A stretch of DNA of 52,429 nt, counting the filler, from Sphacelaria rigidula (Eukaryota), in the NCBI GenBank assembly GCA_964200075.2. It is 4 parts of 4 records of this genome, joined end to end, with 100 filler letters (N's around TTAATTAATTAA, not from the genome) between each part and the next. Parts side by side here need not be neighbours in the genome. Positions count along the whole stretch, not along the records: positions 39,401 to 52,429 come from CAXNAA020003219.1; 3 more parts are not named here. One strand, written 5' to 3'. Position numbers and translations under genes: made by a program. Positions 49,301 to 52,429 of this stretch are shown in pieces; within the stretch, counting starts at the first letter, position 1, and each line of letters begins with the position of its first letter. Below the pieces are notes generated by a model. It searched no databases. It was not told where the DNA came from and was given only the letters and a program-made list of their open reading frames with translations.

Positions 49301-51758
49301 ACGTGGGCGTCAACAATCGACCTTACCAAAAAAAACGGTGACGAAAACAAAAGCAAGATGGGGAACAGGGAGAGACGATGGTTGAGGCATCCTGTCCACG
49401 ATGGAGCACGTGAGCGCGAACCACGTGCTAACAAAAGTGATGAAAGTGACTGGTCCAGCCAAGAAGCCCGGCTTCCTTGGTCACACGACAACTTTTCGAG
49501 TTTCCCGAATCAGGCCGACATAGCTATTTCTCTGGGAACTGTAGACCAACCTGCTGGTGACACACGTTCGGCACCTGAAAATAAAAAATATTAGGTGTAC
49601 TGCGTACGGCATGATACTAACGACAGAACCAGACTTCGCGATGTATACATATATATATATATACATGTATCTGTCGAGATTCCAACTCGCGAACTACCTC
49701 GCTGATTGAAGTCTCCTACACCAGTTCGCCAACCGGGTGCAGCGGTGTGACACAAAAAGTGGAACCCCTGTCGACTTTCAGGAATTCCGAGCCGAAAGTT
49801 CAGAAGCAGTGCCAACGCCTAACTTGAAAATTAAAAGTTATAAACTATTTACGAACGTAGCCAAAGGTTTTCTCTGGACGGAGACGTGACATTTTCCTTT
49901 TCTCCGGATGATTAAAATCGCTCGTTTTGTCATAGTTTTTGGTTTGGTTACTTCCGCTTATCTCCGTGTTTTTGGTCTCGGCTGCTCTCGCTAATTTTCG
50001 CATGCCCTGGATGGACAACAGAATACACAGTCAAAAAATCGTACTGCGTACAGTATCGACTATTGCGCCTATTGCAACAGATAATAGATTCCATCCTGTA
50101 CGCAATACATTTTTTTGACAACATCATCTTTTGTCCAGGGTGTGAATTTTCGCGTATTGATGATATAAATCTCTTATCAAACTTCAGCTTATATCTCCTA
50201 AAATCAAGCTGGGCGTGAGTGTTTACCCACCAATAGGAACTCCTGACTGGCCCAGCGCGTATACCGCAGAAATAAACAAAATCATTATGGAACAGCCATA
50301 CAGCAAAACACTGTAGGCGCCGCCATGCTCGTCGTGTTGGTAGTATCCAGCCAAGAGGTTCTTACCGCCAAATGATTTGCATCAGAGGGTGACATTCTAC
50401 TTGCTTGGCGGAGGGAGAAAAACGCGCCACAGTGGTCTGAAGTTGTACAGTTACAGCCACTTGAGGAGAGTGATGGCGCATTAGCCTCTCCCTCAAAATG
50501 GTAAAAAAACGTCACAGACAAAAGGGCACGCAGCGCATCGAGACAATGGGTGGTTTCAGAAGCCACATGTTGGAATGTATTTTGAAGAATGCAGATATAG
50601 CTGCTTCATTAACCAGAGTTGACCCCCCTCACACGCACACACACACACACACACATGTAGCTTTTGTCTCGATCCCCATCACTTTCATCACTTCCATCTC
50701 TTTTCTGCGGGGTAAGGCTACCGCGACATGAGTCATCAGTCGGGGGCAATTTTGCGGGTTCGAATTAGAAAAATGTGGTCGAATGGGCGGAATCCAGCTT
50801 CCGTCATTGAAGGTGTCAGGATCCGTGCACCGGATAAACGTTCGACGTTCGACGATAGTCCACGGGGTAATAAAGTGCCGATCCGACCCGCAACAACATC
50901 TTTTCAGGTGGGTGCCGCGGGAAATGAAGAGAGAGATGGCTTGGTTAATCCCCGAAGACTACGTTACGGACTCGTCCCGAGGATGTAGAGGAGATAAAAG
51001 GTAAGACTGGGGGGAAAAAAAACGATGAAGAAAAAGGAAACGTCATTGTGGCCTTCAAGAGCACACCAAGCTTGAACCAAGGAATCGGATAGAAACCATT
51101 CCACACAAGAACGGTGATGAGGTGATGAGGGGATGACACAAGCAATGTTCGGTGAAACACTTGTCGAGGTTGTCAAGTAACCTCGCGATAATTAATCCCC
51201 CATTTCGGAAACGGTGTCTGCATTTTTCCTAAAGTCAAGCCATCCATACCCTGCAACCGATGGGAATCGACCACTTCTGTCCGAGGTTTTCCACGCATCT
51301 TTGAAGCAAGTTCAGATCTTAACAGACGACCCGTCAATGCTCCCCGAATAGATGCGGCGTAACGCTGCTGTGGACCCGGTTGATTCAGTAGATATCGATC
51401 CCGTCCGTGTCATCCACGCAAGGATTCGCTGAGTTCCCCAACAAAAAGCCGAGCTTGTCGTCAGTGAGGCTACAGCACGATGTAATCCTTAATGGTATAT
51501 AGTACAAACATCTGCATCGTGTGCTGTCACAAGATACACACATCTTGTTCATGGTCCATGCGCCCATCGCACGAACTACGACCTTCTAGTGTGGTCACCA
51601 CCTGAAGCTGTACCTATGCACTCACCTGTCTCCGGCAGTTTCAACGGTGTCGACGCCGTAGTTGTAGTCGATGTACGAGTTTACGAGATTTCCCGATGCC
51701 TGTAGCGTGATGACCAACGTCAACGCGTTCACCACCCCTCTTTGCTTCACTGACACGC
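40358..51758 (-). CDS. UBIAD1: UbiA-family prenyltransferase, UBIAD1/MenA-like; spliced, partial
   Basis: Phase-consistent exons: 51626-51758 (QASGNLVNSYIDYNYGVDTVETAGDR), 49133-49321 (SIVDAHVSP...FSYTCWPF), 48752-48815 (LKYRGLGDVTVFLLFGPMLMQ), 47575-47724 ([31 protein letters not shown]), 40679-40837 (MIGFRASQALYYALV...) and 40358-40390 (TIRNLDENTAK). Both UBIAD1-type acidic motifs (NxYxDY..GxD and HxNNxRDxxxDxxAG) are present. First and last exons not confidently located. Confidence 0.9.
42814..43518. mobile_element. hAT-like MITE (partial copy plus complete 365-bp copy) with GGGTACC subterminal repeats
   Basis: Perfect 15-bp TIR CAAGGCTGTGTTCTG (43154) / CAGAACACAGCCTTG (ends 43518), with a second left end at 42814. 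The outer flanks GAATTTTG and GAATGGTG match 6/8. Confidence 0.7.
44054..46124. mobile_element. ~2.07-kb non-autonomous DNA transposon-like element with ~80-bp TIRs
   Basis: GTTATGGGCGCGCCTGACCCCCCAAAATGAGCCAAAAAAGTGTCACC... at 44054 is inverted at ~46045-46124. No transposase ORF recognised inside. Confidence 0.75.
46141..47311. mobile_element. ~1.17-kb hAT-like non-autonomous element
   Basis: Perfect 17-bp inverted repeat AGGCTGGGCCGCCCAAG (46142-46158) / CTTGGGCGGCCCAGCCT (47294-47310) with YAGG termini; contains an internal ~105-bp-arm palindrome. Confidence 0.6.
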
Positions 51759-52298
51759 CTGCGGGATGACAAAATTTACAACGTTGGAGAAATTTTTGCG
51801 CGGGCATCGGTGACACACGACTCCAGAGCGTCGACAGCGTAAAATGTCCCACGCTAGGCAGCAATCAAAACAGCGCATGTTTGTTTCAGTACCCTGCAGT
51901 CTTGTAACGCTGTGCCGTAGGCGAGGGGGTAGTATGTCATCGAGAGCGACGAAAGCCAACACCATACATCACCATTAGGAAATATTTTTGACGAAAAGAT
52001 CTCGACGTCATACTCCCGACATATCTTTCCTTGGCATAGCCGCCGCAGCCATCGACAACATCAAGTTTGGGTTTGCGATCTCTCATGCAGAGTCTTGCCC
52101 CAAGTTGGGGAATTGTCACGGAAAGCACGTTGATGGAGACGAGACATCCTTGACTAAGTAGCAGATTCGGCGGATTGGGGCCAACTGCCGACGCGGGGGT
52201 AAGAAGGCTGCACCCTCCCCGCGAGACGAGAACGAAAGACAAGCAAGTACCGTGACCGACGTGCCAAAGACAAACCTGAACAGAAAGTTTAGTGTATG

Positions 52299-52299
<1 letters not shown>

Positions 52300-52337
<38 letters not shown>
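52300..52337 (+). repeat. (CAAT)n microsatellite, probably a retroposon tail
   Basis: About 9 perfect CAAT units preceded by AGTGTATGAC, resembling the AGTGCGAC(AATC)n family. Confidence 0.8.
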
Positions 52338-52429
52338 GGGTGCGATACACCATGGCTAATGGATGAGTCATCGGGTACCGACGAGTGCGCGGCACGCACC
52401 GACAGCTGTCGTATGCACAGGCCCTCAAG

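Overview
Eukaryotic, intron-rich and repeat-rich DNA. The long GT/GC-AG introns, repeat style and gene content suggest a brown alga (Phaeophyceae, Ectocarpus-like); this taxon call is inference. The window is not one locus. It is four contigs of descending length (13036, 13034, 13030 and 13029 bp) joined by 100-bp spacers of the form N44-TTAATTAATTAA-N44. Contig 1 carries a head-to-head gene pair: a spliced fumarylacetoacetate-hydrolase-family gene (minus strand, bacterial NagK/YcgM-like motifs, one GC-AG donor) and a WDR76/Cmr1-like WD40 gene (plus strand) with a candidate N-terminal PCNA PIP box. Contig 2 holds exons of an unidentified low-complexity Gly/Pro/Gln-rich gene among many MITE-like palindromes, minisatellites and microsatellites. 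Contig 3 holds a decayed, nearly full-length Ty3/Gypsy LTR element with a chromodomain-like tail, followed by a decayed RTE-like LINE interrupted by a tRNA-derived SINE. Contig 4 holds a spliced UBIAD1/MenA-type prenyltransferase whose 6.7-kb intron contains several TIR elements. I found no convincing new multi-gene system. The best leads are the PIP-box/NAGNAG WDR76 N-terminus, the bacterial-type FAH gene, the young-LTR/dead-ORF Gypsy element and several repeat families that may be uncatalogued.
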